Assembly (NCBI RefSeq): GCF_006345805.1
Contig: NC_043013.1
Span: 21,948,001-22,012,000, forward strand
DNA: 64,000 nt
Direction: 5' to 3'
Origin: Octopus sinensis
Lineage: Eukaryota
This document shows positions 13,316 through 25,614 of this stretch, one piece after another. Position 1 is the first letter of the stretch; every line of letters starts with the position of its first letter. The translations under genes were made by a program, and so were the position numbers. The notes below the pieces were generated by a model. That model was not told the DNA's origin. It saw nothing but the letters and a program-made list of their open reading frames with translations, and ran no database searches.

Positions 13316-14224
13316 TTAGGAGATGTCCCTTTTTCTGGTGTCGGTTGTAGCGTTCGACGCATCTCCTTGTATTTTGGCAGTCGATGTTAAGGTGCTGATT
13401 GTTTCCACAAAAGTAGCACCTCGGCCTCCTGCCCTCCACAGCTACGCGTAGTCTCGTGCTCTTCGGTGAGTTTAAGGAGTCAGGGATAGACTTGAGGTCC
13501 TCTTGTTCCATTTGGACAAAGCGTTCCAACTCCTGACCCGTCCAATTTTGTCGGTGCAACTTATACACCTCCAGGATCGCGGCCGTATCCTCTATATCAT
13601 AGAAGACAGCGGCCATCAGCCAACATATGTTTAATTCAGGGGTACTCCCCCCCCCCGGCCGATATTAATTTTGTTAACATGCCGACCAAGACATGTCGGC
13701 ACGACGATAAGGTCTTCTGAAAATAGTGGCACTGTGGAATGTTTTCTTGCTTCTTCCTTTGCGTAGCGCACTTCCACAGTACCGAACCATTTTCCACGTG
13801 TCACTTATGTTTTCTTCTTCCAAATTGGTTTCAGAATTAGTTCCAGTTATTCTTGTGTTGCTCGTTCCAATGACTTTTTTTGTTTGTTTATACATTTGTA
13901 CGTAATGCTTCTTCTGTTTGTGTCCAGAACAATTTCTTTCGGGGTATTTAGAGAGACATTATTACCTTGTCTCACTAAGAGCCCCTTGAAATTTTTTAAA
14001 TCCTCTAATGTGACGTTTATCGTTTCTCTTGTTTGTTTCGCTGCAGAAGCGAAACCGTGTCTATTGGATCTGTCATTTGCGTTTGTGTTTGTATTTTCTT
14101 CGTTGTTTTTCTTGTTCACAGCGGTGTTTTCTTGACTTTTTTCTTTTTCAGTGTTAATGGTGGTGCCGGTGCAGTTAGTGGTGTTGGTACTGTTCTTTGT
14201 GCTGTTCAGAAGATAAATCGTTGA
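10110..14224 (-). mobile_element. Old Tx1/L1-clade LINE with RT core deleted (probable 5' UTR displaced to ~20370-20520 by nested SINE/LINE)
   Basis: ORF1 zinc knuckle RCYFCGNNQHLNIDC (13224..13616). APE remnants DSEGKLVVLDV and YTDHKFVIC...GPGYWK. C-terminal homology to the other Tx1 copies; 3' end gctaataaaataa abuts (TTA)n. Confidence 0.8.
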
Positions 14225-14467
14225 GGTACTGGGCGTCAGAATGGCAGCGAGCTGGCAGAAACGTTAGCACGCCGGGCGAAATGCGTAGCCGTATTTAGTC
14301 TGTCACACATGTGTTCGTGGTAAAAGTTGCTGTTTCTTGGTGTTAATATTGTTAATAACTGTTGTTTCTTGTTAAACTGTTGAATAACTTAACTGTTGGA
14401 GTTTTTATTTGAAAACACTTAGTGCTTGTAGTAGCACGCGTTGTTCATTCCCCCTTTAGGGGGAAGA

Positions 14468-15993
14468 ATGTCGTCTAGCATAGAGCCTGCCGTTGGAGCA
14501 GAAATACTTGTTTCTCCTGTTGAGAGGAGGAAATACATGTCCGGCGAGGAGCCAACTACAGACAGGGAAATAAGGGTTTCCCTCGCTACAAGAAAGAATA
14601 GCAGAATAGATAATATATTTGATTTTTTTGGAGATGTGTCTGAAAGCTCGTCAGAACTATCACCAGAAGAGTTTCCGACTTTGCCAGAGAACAAAGGCAC
14701 TGTGTCGAAAAGAGTAATTGATGTGCCTAGCATCCAGACAGAACCAAAAAATGGGAAAAAATGTTTTGCGTTGGCAGCTGGGAGTGGAATCTGGCTGCTG
14801 TCGACGAATAAGAGCGACTTTATGAAATATAGCCAAATGATGAAAATAACTGACAACGTTGTGAAAATTGAACCTCCGGAAAAGTTATTACAAGAAAAAA
14901 ACCAAAAAACTTTAATTTTCAAAACATATTGTCTACAAAAAAGAAAAAAATGAAAGAATGTCAGAAGAGAAAATAGAAAAGTGCTTAAAGCCAATATGGG
15001 ACGACATAGTTTATCTGAGAAGAGGCAAGAAATTCGGAACGGTGGAAGTAAGGTTCACCAATAAAGAAATAGCACAAAAGAACTCAGTAGAAACGCTGAA
15101 AACCAACGACGTGGAGCTTATCTCCTATATATGGGGATGAGAACGTCCAGAATAAAAATTACAATGGTCCCACCGGAAGTGGACCCTATGTGGTTGTTGG
15201 CGGCAGTCCTGATCAAAGAGGAAGAAAAAATTACTCTCCTCCAGGCTACCGCTACCGAAAACACACACTGGGATGGTCAAACAATTAATCTCCTTATTCA
15301 AGCGGACCCTAAAATAATTCAAGCAATTCCCGAGACAATTGAGGTAGGGGAGGAGAACCTCGTGGTGTTTGTTGAGAGCCGAAAATCTCGATGTTTTTTA
15401 TGTAGTCAATTAGGCCACATTCGAAGGAACTGCAAGGAAAATGAGGAAGAGGAGGAAGGAGAGAAAAAAGACAAAGAGGAAGATGAAAAAGAAGAAACAG
15501 ATGAGAAAAAACAACAAACAAAAGGAAACTACCAGCAACTCAACTGAGAGCGGCGACTACTACAGAACAACGACCAAAAAAGACTGCCAGAAGAGAAAAA
15601 GAAGAAAAAGGCATAATAGCCGTATACACTAAAGATACTGAGCTCATGAGAGACATTCAACTCATAAAGACTGTAAAAAAAATTGATAACCTTTCAGAGG
15701 AATTTATCAATTACGACATATATGAAGTCTCAAATAAGACTTATAGAATTCTACAAAATAAGTACAGAAAGACTGTATCTTCATTGAGATTAGATTTTAA
15801 CAAGTCGATATTTCAGGGATTACCAGCTCCGATCCCGCGAGAAAAGGAAAAGGTGGAGATTCCCCCTCCACCTGATAATTCTGTGTCGGTGGTGAGACGG
15901 GATTTTGACAAATCTATTTCCCAAGACCGTCCACCTCCGACCCTGGATCAAAAAAAGGTGGAGGGTCCCCCTCCACCCGACAATCCTAATTAA
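14468..15993 (+). pseudogene. Tx1 ORF1 (gag-like, CCHC zinc knuckle), frameshifted
   Basis: Consecutive ORF pieces 14441..14953, 14958..15140, 15131..15547 (SRCFLCSQLGHIRRNC) and 15646..15993. Confidence 0.8.
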
Positions 15994-16004
15994 ACAGGTA
16001 AGTG

Positions 16005-19000
16005 ATGGCTATTCACATTGGTTGTTTAAATGTTCATGGCCTGTTGTCAAGCTGGAAGCAAGGACGCTTTCTGAATGACATCAGGTGGAGAAATTTGGAT
16101 GTAATTGTTGCAACGGAAACCCGGGTGAAGGGGCCAAGAGATCTGCTCCCCCTCCTGAACGGCTACGAGAAATACGTTTCTCCGAGTCGGGCGGGAGGTG
16201 GGGGTGGGGTGTTGGTCCTACTAAAAAGAAACCGGGTAGCCGAGAAAAAGTTGTTTTTTTTCTGACCCAGAAGGCAGGCTGGTCGTTCTCGACTTGACAT
16301 TCAGTTGTGGCAAGACAATCAGGCTGGTCGCTATTTACGCACCAAACATTATTGGCCCGCAAACTGAATATTTTCGTGGCCTAGGAAAGTTCCTAGCCAC
16401 GTCGCATTCACTAGTAGTGTTAGGAGACTCTAATACAATATGTGCAGCACACACAGATTGTGTTGGCTCAAACTCGAACATGAACAGAAAATGTAACCCA
16501 GGCTTTCGGGATCTGCTAAGTCAATTTCAGCTAGCAGATCCATATAGGTTGGAGCACTCGAACACTCCACAGTGGACGTGGTCAAATAGTGACGGGTCTA
16601 CCAGAACATATCTAGATAGGATTTTAATTAGAGAAAAAGATAAGTCCATAGTTGAGTGTCCACAGTTTTTTCTAGTCAGCTACAGTGACCACAAGATGGT
16701 TACCTGTAAACTGACGGTAGATAAGTTGCATAGACAGGGATCTGGCTACTGGAAACTCAATACGTCCCTTTTGGCGATTGAGGAGTACAGAAAGCGGATC
16801 AAGATGTTAATACAGAGGGCATTAACAGGTACCATCATTAATAACAAATGGTGGCACGCCCTAAAAAGAGCCATCAAATATGAGTCTATTAGGTTTAGCA
16901 TAAGTTTAGCTAAGAAGGGACGTAAAATAGGAGATGGTCTAGTTAAGGAACTAGAAGAAGCCTGGAGGACTGGTAATACAGACCAAGCGAGGGTGAAAAG
17001 ACTGGAGTTAAACCAGCATCTTGAAGCCCACCACATGGGAAGTATTACCAGAGCTAAGTTACGTGCAATGGGAAGTGAAGGAATCAAAGCCGCTGGATGG
17101 GCCCGAGTGGTGGAAGCTCGGCAAGGAAATAGTTCCTCTATTCGGTCTTTGACGAATCAAAATGGTGTCTTGATAAACGAACCCGAGAAAATGTGTGAGG
17201 TCTTTCGGGAGTACTTCGCCCAGCTGTTCGGGGGTGACGGCGGTCCTGGTAGTGGGAGAGCCCTCGAGGACTTTCTTACAGGGCTGCCGTGCCTCTCGGG
17301 GTCGGATGCGGAGTCTTGCGAAGGGCCAATCACACCTGAGGAGGTGATGGAGGCTTTGGCCGATTGTAAAGCGGGTAAGTCACCGGGACTTGATGGTCTT
17401 CCGTACGAGCTGTATAAATGTATGCCAGACTTGTTCGGGCAACTACTGACTGACGTGTACGCGAACTGGAAACAGAATGGGTTTATCCCCAGATCTGTGC
17501 GCCGGGGAGTAGTGACGTTGGTCAGAAAGGACCCGGACAAGGGGGACGTTCTAGAGAATTTCAGGCCCATCACTCTGTTAAACGCAGAAGTGAAGATTTT
17601 GGTCAAGGTTCTAGCAAAAAGGTTGGCGCGTGTCGCGAATGGTATAGTCGGGGAGGCACAGACATGTGCCATCCCAGGCAGAACCATTCAGGATACCCTC
17701 CATCTTATTCGCTATACCATAGAGAGGTTTGGTAATAAATCTGGCAAAGGTGGGGCATTGGTGCATTTGGACCAGTCTAAAGCTTTTGATAGGGTTGACC
17801 ATCGATACCTAGCGACTGTAATTGCGCGGTTTGGCCTGGGCCTTGGCTTCCTCAGGTGGTTTATCGCTTTGTACCACAACATTGACTCGATAGTTCGGGT
17901 GAACGGTTTCCTTTCGAAGCCGTTCTGCATCAGACGCTCGGTTCGTCAAGGATGTCCGCTTTCACCACTTTTGTATGTGATGGCTCTCGAGCCATTACTG
18001 CAAAGGTTGAGTGGCATCCCGAGAGAACCAGGACTAGAGGAGTTTTTTACGGCTTTCGCGGATGATATCACTATCAGTGTAACCACAGTGGCACGCCTAC
18101 GTGAAGTAGGTAAGACTATTGAGGCTTACGAGGAGGTAGCAGGAGCAAAGATTAACCAGGAAAAGTCGGTCGGCTTGCAGCTCGGCACCTGGGTTGGCAA
18201 GTCGATGCCTTCAGACAGTGTTGTTGGTTGGAGAGACAGCTCTTTCGCTTTTTGTGGAAGGGCAGGTCTCCACTTGTGAAACGCTCTGTCTGCTGTCAAA
18301 AGCCTTTAAATGGAGGTTTAGGGATGCCTTGGTTAATGATGCGCAGACATGCGTTGAGGTTGAGGCACCTCTGGATTCTCCTGGATAGTGAACGGGTGTG
18401 GTCTCCGCTGGCCAGACAAATGTTCCCTGAGTTCAAGAGTTTTTGCGAACAGGAAGCCTGGTGTTCTCGTAGACCGAGGTCGAGTGAGTGGCATAAAGAG
18501 TGCCGTAAGGCCCTCTTGCTGTTCCGGCGCTCGGGCAACGCCAGCGGTGAGGGTTCCACACGGATTTTATATAGTGGGTTGGTAGAGTCTGAATGCGACG
18601 ATGGCCTGGGGTCGACTCTAGGTCTCGGATTTATTCAACTGGACAGCTTGTTTCATCGTACATTCGGGTTGAGAACGTTGGACAACTTCCAAAAGTCCTT
18701 AACCTGGCAATGCTACAGAGGTGCCTTGCCCGTTTGGGATAAGCTCGCAAGACATGGTAAACGTCAGTCGCCGACCTGTCCAAGATGCGGGGGGGGACAG
18801 GGAAACCGTCCCTCACGCTATTGTTCAGTGTCCGGAGATAACTGAAATGTGGGCTTATGCTGAACATCTGTTGTCCGGCGAAGGAAGAGTACGGCTGTCG
18901 ACTGAGTCAATTATAAAAATTGACCCACCGGGAGTTCTAACGAACGAAGGTAAGAATTGTTTTCTCACGGTTGTAGCAATAGCAAAAGAGGCTGTATGGA

Positions 19001-19179
19001 AGACTAGGATTAAAGGAATTAAGACAGGCAACTTTATCTCTGGTGACAATTTACGATCCTTTTTTTCTTTTCATTTGAAAAGGAAACTGTGGCTGGAGAA
19101 GAGGTGTCTGTCAGAGTGTACGTTCCAAAAGAGATGGAAGTATGTTGCACGAGTGTTGTGCATGCAAGGAACCGTGTGA
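16005..19179 (+). pseudogene. Tx1 ORF2 (APE endonuclease, reverse transcriptase, C-terminal Cys motif), frameshifted
   Basis: MAIHIGCLNVHGL, YLDRIL, SDHK, GYWKLN, PGLDGLP, FRPITLLN, LDQSKAFDRVDH, RQGCPLSP, FADD, CPRC. Frameshift at the poly-T near 16255 and a ~70-codon deletion near 18230 relative to the 28040..30205 copy. Confidence 0.9.
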
Positions 19180-20562
19180 ATAGACGAGGAAAAAAAAAAA
19201 AAAAAAGGAAAAATAAAAAGGTATCAGCGGTAGATCGGGGCTTGTGCGATCGGAGCGTAACTTGATCATCGCTTCATTTGTATTGTTTTTGTACTGTGTA
19301 TTCCATTCGATTTTTATGTATTGTATTTTATTTTTAATGTCACATTTATGTAAAATCATATCGATTCCCTGATCCCATCAGTTGTACTGTCCATATCTAT
19401 GTTTGGCCCCCGGTGGGCAATAAAGAAATTCGTATTTCGTCTGCCGTATTTCGTTCTGAGTTCAAATCCCGCCGAGGTCGACTTTGCCTTTCATCCTTTC
19501 GGGGTCGATAAATTGAGTACCAGTTACGCGCTGAGGTCGATGTAATCGACTTAATACCTATGTCTGTCCTTGTTTGTCCCCTCTATGTTTAGCCCCTTGC
19601 GGGTAATAAAAAAATAGGTATTTCGTCCGCCGTTACGTTGTGGGTTCAAATTCCGCCGAGGTAAACTTTGCCTTTCATCCTTTCGGGGTCGATAAATTAA
19701 GTACCAGTTACGCACTGAGGTCGATGTAATCGACTTGATACTTATGTCTGTCCTTGTTTGTCCCACCTATGTTTAGCCCCTTGTGGGTAGTAAAGAAATA
19801 GGTATTTCTTCTGCGGTTACGTTCTGAGTTCAAATCCCGCCGAGGTCGACTTTGCCTTTCATCCTTTCGGGGTCGATAAATTGAGTACCAGTTACGCACT
19901 GAGGTCGATGTAATCGATTTAATACCTATGTCTGTCCTTATTTGTCCCCTCTATGTTTAGCCCCTTGTGGGTAATAAAGAAATAGGTATTTCGTCCGCCG
20001 TTACGTTGTGGGTTCAAATTCCGCCGAGGTAAACTTTGCCTTTCATCCTTTCGGGGTCGATAAATTAAGTACCAGTTACGCACTGAGGTCGATGTAATCG
20101 ACTTAATACCTATGTCTGTCCTTGTTTGTCTCCTCTATGTTTAGCCCCTTGTGGGTAGTAAAGAAATAAGTATTTCTTCTGCGGTTACGTTCTGAGTTCA
20201 AATTCTGCCGAGGTCGACTTTGCCTTTCATCCTTTCGGGGTCGATAAATTGAGTGCCAGTTACGCACTGGGGTTGATATGATCGACTGAATCTGTTTGTC
20301 TGTCCTTGTTTCTCCTCTCTGTGTTTAGCCCCTTGTGGGTAGTAAAGAAATAGGTACTGACCGTCAGAACTCTTAGTGGAAAAGAATCCCTTCTATACAC
20401 CAATAGGGGTTTAGAAAACAAAAACACTTACATAACAGTCAACAACCTTCAAAAATACACAAGAAAAATTCAAACTGACGGAGCGTTCAAAACAGGTCTT
20501 ACCTCGTCGTCAACGACAACAACAACGACAATAACAATAGCAATAAGAATGATAAGGATAAA

Positions 20563-20611
<49 letters not shown>

Positions 20612-20625
20612 GTTATTATTATTAT

Positions 20626-20680
<55 letters not shown>

Positions 20681-20699
20681 GCAACAATAATAATAATGA

Positions 20700-20969
20700 T
20701 AATAATGTTGTGGTTAATGAGGAGGGTAGACGTGATACCCAGGGTAATTGATGCAGTTCGAAGTATCAGTACTCAACTACCAACATGGCTGAAAAAGATC
20801 GGTGCAAGTGTGAAGGTAGAACGCCTACAAATATCACCATTGCTTGGAACTACAAGAATTTTTCGCAGGGTTCGTGAAGCATGACCAGTAAATATGTGTC
20901 ACCTTAGTCCGCTGCTTGTGGACAGCTGACACTTTCCATCATACCCAGCAAAATAAGTTGTGAGTTTTC

Positions 20970-20971
<2 letters not shown>
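20700..20971 (+). mobile_element. R4/Dong-clade LINE 3' end embedded in (TAA)n
   Basis: LWLMRRVDVIPRVIDAVRSI...ERLQISPLLGTTRIFRRVREA*, with (TAA)n on both sides. Paralog at ~57930-58195. Confidence 0.7.
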
Positions 20972-21023
<52 letters not shown>

Positions 21024-21094
21024 TAATAATAATAATAATAATAATAGTAATAATAATAATAATAGTAATAATAATAATAGTAATAATAGTAATA

Positions 21095-22530
21095 CTTTTT
21101 TATATCGGACCTTTCTTATAAAAATAGGGACAATACAACACAAATGGACAAGTGGGGTGTTGAACAATGCCGTGTATGCAATAAGTAACAGAAAATAAAT
21201 AACAAAAAGAAATTGAACAATAAAAATTCCCCAAAAGGGGTTAGCTCCTCACAGGGACAACCGCAGACCCCCCACACTACCTGGTTATTCCGACCGCCAG
21301 TGCTACTCAGAAGGCGCCTCTCTCCTTCTCAACCCCTCCGGTTTACAAAAGAAAGTTCAGAGCAGGCCCCTTTACTCGGACCATCCTCACCACATACACC
21401 CACCTTTCATCAAATTTACTGGGGAGCAGAACTTCCCTCTCTACCCTCACTTACCTTTTTAAGTGGAACTTGAAAATGTCGATGAGGGTTTGGCCCAAGA
21501 GGAAAGCATTCGCCTTCAGTCCTCTCAGTTTCGTCCACCGCCTTCACCATAGCCACCAGACAGAGGAAAACTGTCTTTTCTTCCTGGCCAAAGGAAGGAA
21601 GGAAGGAGGGTGGCGATCTTCACGATGGACTCAGATGATAACCGGATCTGTCCTACACGCGATAACAGCCGTTTGACAAAGCTGCACTAGTCAGTAATGC
21701 TCAGACAATGAATGAGTGCGTGCAGGACGGTTTTGTCGTTCTGCGCACACCTCGAACAAACCAGACTGACAGCACTTTTGTATCTGCAGAGATCGTTTGG
21801 AGCCGGCAGAGCTCCCCGATAGCACAGGCAGGCCATAGAACTTTGGAAGTTATCCATACGATTCGGCCTGATAGTCCTCCGGAAAAGATCAGTTAGTTGA
21901 TCCCTTCCGTCGCCCAGTTTCCACAAGGACGACGTGATTCTTACCCGCTACTAATCCCCTATAGAACACCGCAGTGGAACTTCCTCTGACCGCGCTGCCC
22001 GACTGACAGGAAGCTGTGAGCGCTGCTGACACTCCACGTTCCACGCGTCCTTTCTGGGTCTACGTTTGATTGAGTACTATAACTCCGTCAATGAGATGAG
22101 CAGCAGAAAATCCTACTTGACACACGGTGACCACATCTGTTCACCGTTAAGAAAATGCTGGAGATGTTGTAGCCTCAGCGCACATCTGTGCATCATTAGC
22201 CACAGCACGCCCAGTCCTCCACTCTGTGGCTGTTGATAGCAGATGAACCGTATGACGAGGGGAAGACGTTCTTTCCACAGAAGGCGGGATATTAAGCGTT
22301 CTAGCTTGGTCAGTTTCAAAGCAGGGCAATGGACTACTGTCAGGTGATAATAGATGAGGGAAGCTATGTATGCATGCGCCACCTCCACCCAACCTTTCGG
22401 GGACAATTTCTTCTCTACCCATTTCTGGGTGAGATTGGCTATCCTGTTCGAGTGGTGGAGTCGGAGACTAGCAAAATCACGTGGGATTTCTTAATCCAAA
22501 CAGATCAAGTGCTAGAGCTAACAGACCGGA
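21095..22530 (-). mobile_element. 5'-truncated Tx1-clade LINE
   Basis: ORFs 22113..22406 (AYIASLIYYHLTVVHCP) and 21687..21926 (MDNFQSS...CYRGALP...CSRC) match the Tx1 ORF2 C-terminus. 3' end abuts (TTA)n. Confidence 0.8.
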
Positions 22531-22599
22531 CATAGTGGTGGTGGACCGCATATGCTATATCGTTGATGCTCCACATTCCTTTGACTCACGAACAGTCAT

Positions 22600-22870
22600 G
22601 TAGGAAGGCGATAAAATAAATAAATACAACCATCTTAAGTACGAAAAACCTCGGTTATGGGAAATGAAGAAGGTGAAGATAGTCCCAATTATTGCTGGAT
22701 CCTTGGGGACATTATCAGAAGGAACCATGAGAGGTATAAAAGACACCGGAAAAAGGGCACAGTAGAACTTTAACAAAAGGTTTTCCTCCTTGGCAAGGCC
22801 ATGATAATCAGGTAAATATTCAGTGATGAAGCGGAGTGGCTGAATGAAATCCAAGATGCGTTAAGAAATA
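22600..22870 (+). mobile_element. R4/Dong-clade endonuclease C-terminal fragment
   Basis: Translates RLWEMKKVKIVPIIAGSLGTLS...QKVFLLGKAMII. Paralog at ~56090-56350. Confidence 0.55.
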
Positions 22871-22929
22871 TAGAAGCCCAAGAAGACATAATGATATGTA
22901 CAGAAAGGAAAAAAAAAAAGCAATTAAGA

Positions 22930-23950
22930 AATTGACCCATAAAGACAGAAGATCTCTCTTGAGCTCTGACACATTTGAATAGGAACGTGCAGAAACACTG
23001 CTCTCTCAGATACCCCAAATTGCAAAGTCCATGGGATTGACGTCCAGACTTAGGAGAGGCCATATTTTCTTATCTCCAAAACCGTTGAAATGCTCTTTAA
23101 ACCACCTCTGTATCAAATTGGATGTGTGGGCCGGAGCCCTGTCTAGAGTGAAGGTGTAACGGTCACCAACTGTTTCTGTGATCCAGGGCAACACTATCTC
23201 ATCCAACATTTCAAAATAAACTTCACTGTTATCCTTCACGCCCAGAATCGATGAAGATCGATGGAGACTTGGACCCATCTGATGCATCTGTAACCCACAC
23301 TATGAGAGAAGCTGTCTTCTGATGGCGTATATGAATCCTGTTACCGTCGGGCAAGTCCCCTGCATTATATGCATAAAGCCTGTCATTCTATTGGAAACTG
23401 CCTCCGCGATGAATAGTTTCTCATCAGACCATATCAACACTTTGTTAGTGGCACGCTTCTTCTCAGCTAACATAGTTTTACCCCTGTCGAGCCGTTTCTT
23501 CTTGGATGTTGCTGAAATTGACCGCTTGGATTGTTTCTTTTTTGCAGCAAGTTTTAAATCCACTTTAAAAATCCTGTTCATTGACGATTTTGAAATATTA
23601 AGAGAGCTTTTGCAGCTTTTCTTGCATCCTGCGGGGATTTCCGTTCATTCGTTTCTTCACAGCTTCAACATTTCAATTGCTCGGTTCCTACCAGGAATTG
23701 GCTTGCTAGAAGTTGTAGTGGACTCCATATATTGTTTCCAGGTATTGAACACTGTTTACGACGCACATTCAACCGTTTTGTTATGTCATCGTTGCTCACT
23801 CTAGCTGCTCTCAAAGCGACAATCTGGTCATGTTTTTACTTTCGACGCCATGTTTGTTTGCAAACCAGTTTTAGACGAACGAAACAATAGAAACATGAAC
23901 AAAAGACATAAGCAAATCTTTACGTTAAATGTAGATATTACCTGAACCGA
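22930..23950 (-). mobile_element. Tc1/mariner-superfamily maT (DD37D) transposase relic
   Basis: LIWSDEKLF, and D-RAPAHT...WPLLSLDVNPM-D with 37 residues between the last two Asp. Frameshifted. Confidence 0.8.
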
Positions 23951-24760
23951 TATTCTTTAGGAAGAGGTTTACACATGGGTAAATCTTTCTGGGGCACTCT
24001 GGACATGAATGACAGATACTGAAAAGAAAGAGAGGGGAGGGGGAGAGAGAATGAATGAGTGAGAGAGAAAGAGAAAGAAAGAGAGAGAGAGAGAAAGAGA
24101 AAGAGAAGAAGAGATATAGAAAAAGGGAGAGAGAGAGAGAGAGAAATATAGAGTGTTACTCAGGATTGTGGGCAATTCTGATTTGATCCAGTTTGAGGGT
24201 TTTCATTCATTTGTGAGTAAGTTACCCTACTTTTTTCCCATTTTCTTTGATTTATATTTTAAAAAACAAAATATGTTTTACACATTCAGTTAAGCATCTT
24301 GTGTAATTATTGTGCGTAATTTTAAAAACTCTTATCATATTCTGTTTTCTTATAAGATCCCTTTTCGTCTCCCTCACAAACTGATGTCATCCATACACAA
24401 ATATTACACACCAGACATGCATTATTTTCATCATCAAATATATTGAGAATATTCTCTGAGAGTCACATGACAAAACGGTCTTATAAAACTTTACATTTTC
24501 TCTTCCCTCCTCGGTAATCTTGTGTCTCAATCCGTTTCTAAATTTTCTGCTAAACATATCACTAAAAACTTTATTAGAACTTTAACTCTCCGGAATGAAA
24601 ACTCTACAAACAATTATTTTTCAACTCACTCTTATCTACATCGACCAGAGAAATCGCAGTCAATTTTTAAATGCTAACCGTATTGTTTCTCATTGGACTA
24701 AAACATAGAATACAAGTGTCAAGGAATGAAATAAACACAGAAAGATTCAAATTTGTTTAC

Positions 24761-25018
24761 CGTCTCTATACTTGGTCGGCACAGATCTTCTCAACTGATA
24801 AAAATGGGTATTAGTTATTTTTATTAGCATCCTCTCTGTTGAGTCTTCTTCGTATAAAATACAGCTTGGACTTATCGTTCTGCTCACGAAGGATTTACAT
24901 GCAGAAGTTTCAAAACAACTCTTCGAACAGTTGAAGGCATCCACGTCAAATGTCATCAATGTTTTGGCATCTTTCAGAGCACAGTTTGGTACTTTCATAA
25001 AATACTTCAGATATTCAA
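24761..25018 (-). CDS. PAN/apple-domain protein exon 3 (first PAN domain), left copy
   Basis: ggctttgttacag|TTGAATAT ... AGAGACG|gtaaac; 258 nt, phase 1-1. EYLKYFMKVPNCALKD...FNCSKSCFETSACKSFVSRTISPSCILYEED. Confidence 0.8.
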
Positions 25019-25578
25019 CTGTAACAAAGCCAGGCAAATTAAACAACCAAAATACGAAGACGAAAATAAAACATTGTGAAAATAGATAATAATAAAGATA
25101 GAGAATATTAAATGTTTGAGGATCAGCATTGATATTTTTACCAGGAAGAAGTGAATAAAGTTGTTACTACCATATTGTAGGTACAAAGCATCTTGGGATA
25201 TATAATCTGTTTAATGAAAATGACTGCGAATGAGTCTTAAATGTTGTTTAATTAATTCTATTATTTAAATGATTCACATATTATATATTATAATGTTTAA
25301 CGGTTGTCTGTTGTAAAGAATGTCCCCTAATACCAGCACTTTTTGTTTTATTTAACAAAATGCTTACAAGCTGACGGAAAACTGAATTATCACCAATGGA
25401 AATTATGTTAAGAATTGAATTCGTCATAATACGAGATTTATCTTGAGTTTTCTTTTCATCAAATTTACTTAGAAAAGGAAAATATTTTCTTCCACTGAAC
25501 TTATAAATTAAAGTTTTGAGTAGTGATTTTCATAATTTTCATAGATATAGGTCTATATATTGATATAAATTTACTTAC

Positions 25579-25614
25579 GTCCATTTCCAAATGTCAGTGA
25601 GATGTAGAAGAGAA
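25579..25614 (-). CDS. PAN/apple-domain protein exon 2 (36 nt, second half of signal peptide), left copy
   Basis: aaattttcgttgcag|TTCTC...AATGGAC|gtaagt; phase 1-1; (V)LFYISLTFGNG. Identical in the right copy. Confidence 0.75.

Larger units (their letters stand above)
14305..19430 (+). mobile_element. Near full-length Tx1/L1-clade non-LTR retrotransposon
   Basis: 5' UTR, ORF1, ORF2 and a 3' UTR ending aataaagaaatt. TSD cgtatttagtctgtc (14290-14304) / cgtatttcgtctgcc (19431-19445). Empty site in the paralogous arm at ~59148-59162. Confidence 0.92.
14242..20352 (+). mobile_element. tRNA-derived SINE: head 14242-14304, interrupted by a Tx1 LINE, then five tandem ~184-bp tail units (19431-20352)
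   Basis: A-box-like gagctggcagaaacgttagc and B-box-like gagttcaaattcc. Units restart at ~19432, 19618, 19802, 19986 and 20170. 17-bp TSD ggtactg(gg/ac)cgtcagaa at 14225-14241 and 20353-20369. Confidence 0.85.

Noticed and set aside
19431-20352. Regular repeat array as CRISPR or a tRNA gene cluster
   Set aside because: The units are ~184-bp SINE tails with no unique spacers, no cas genes and no complete cloverleaf, and the context is eukaryotic.
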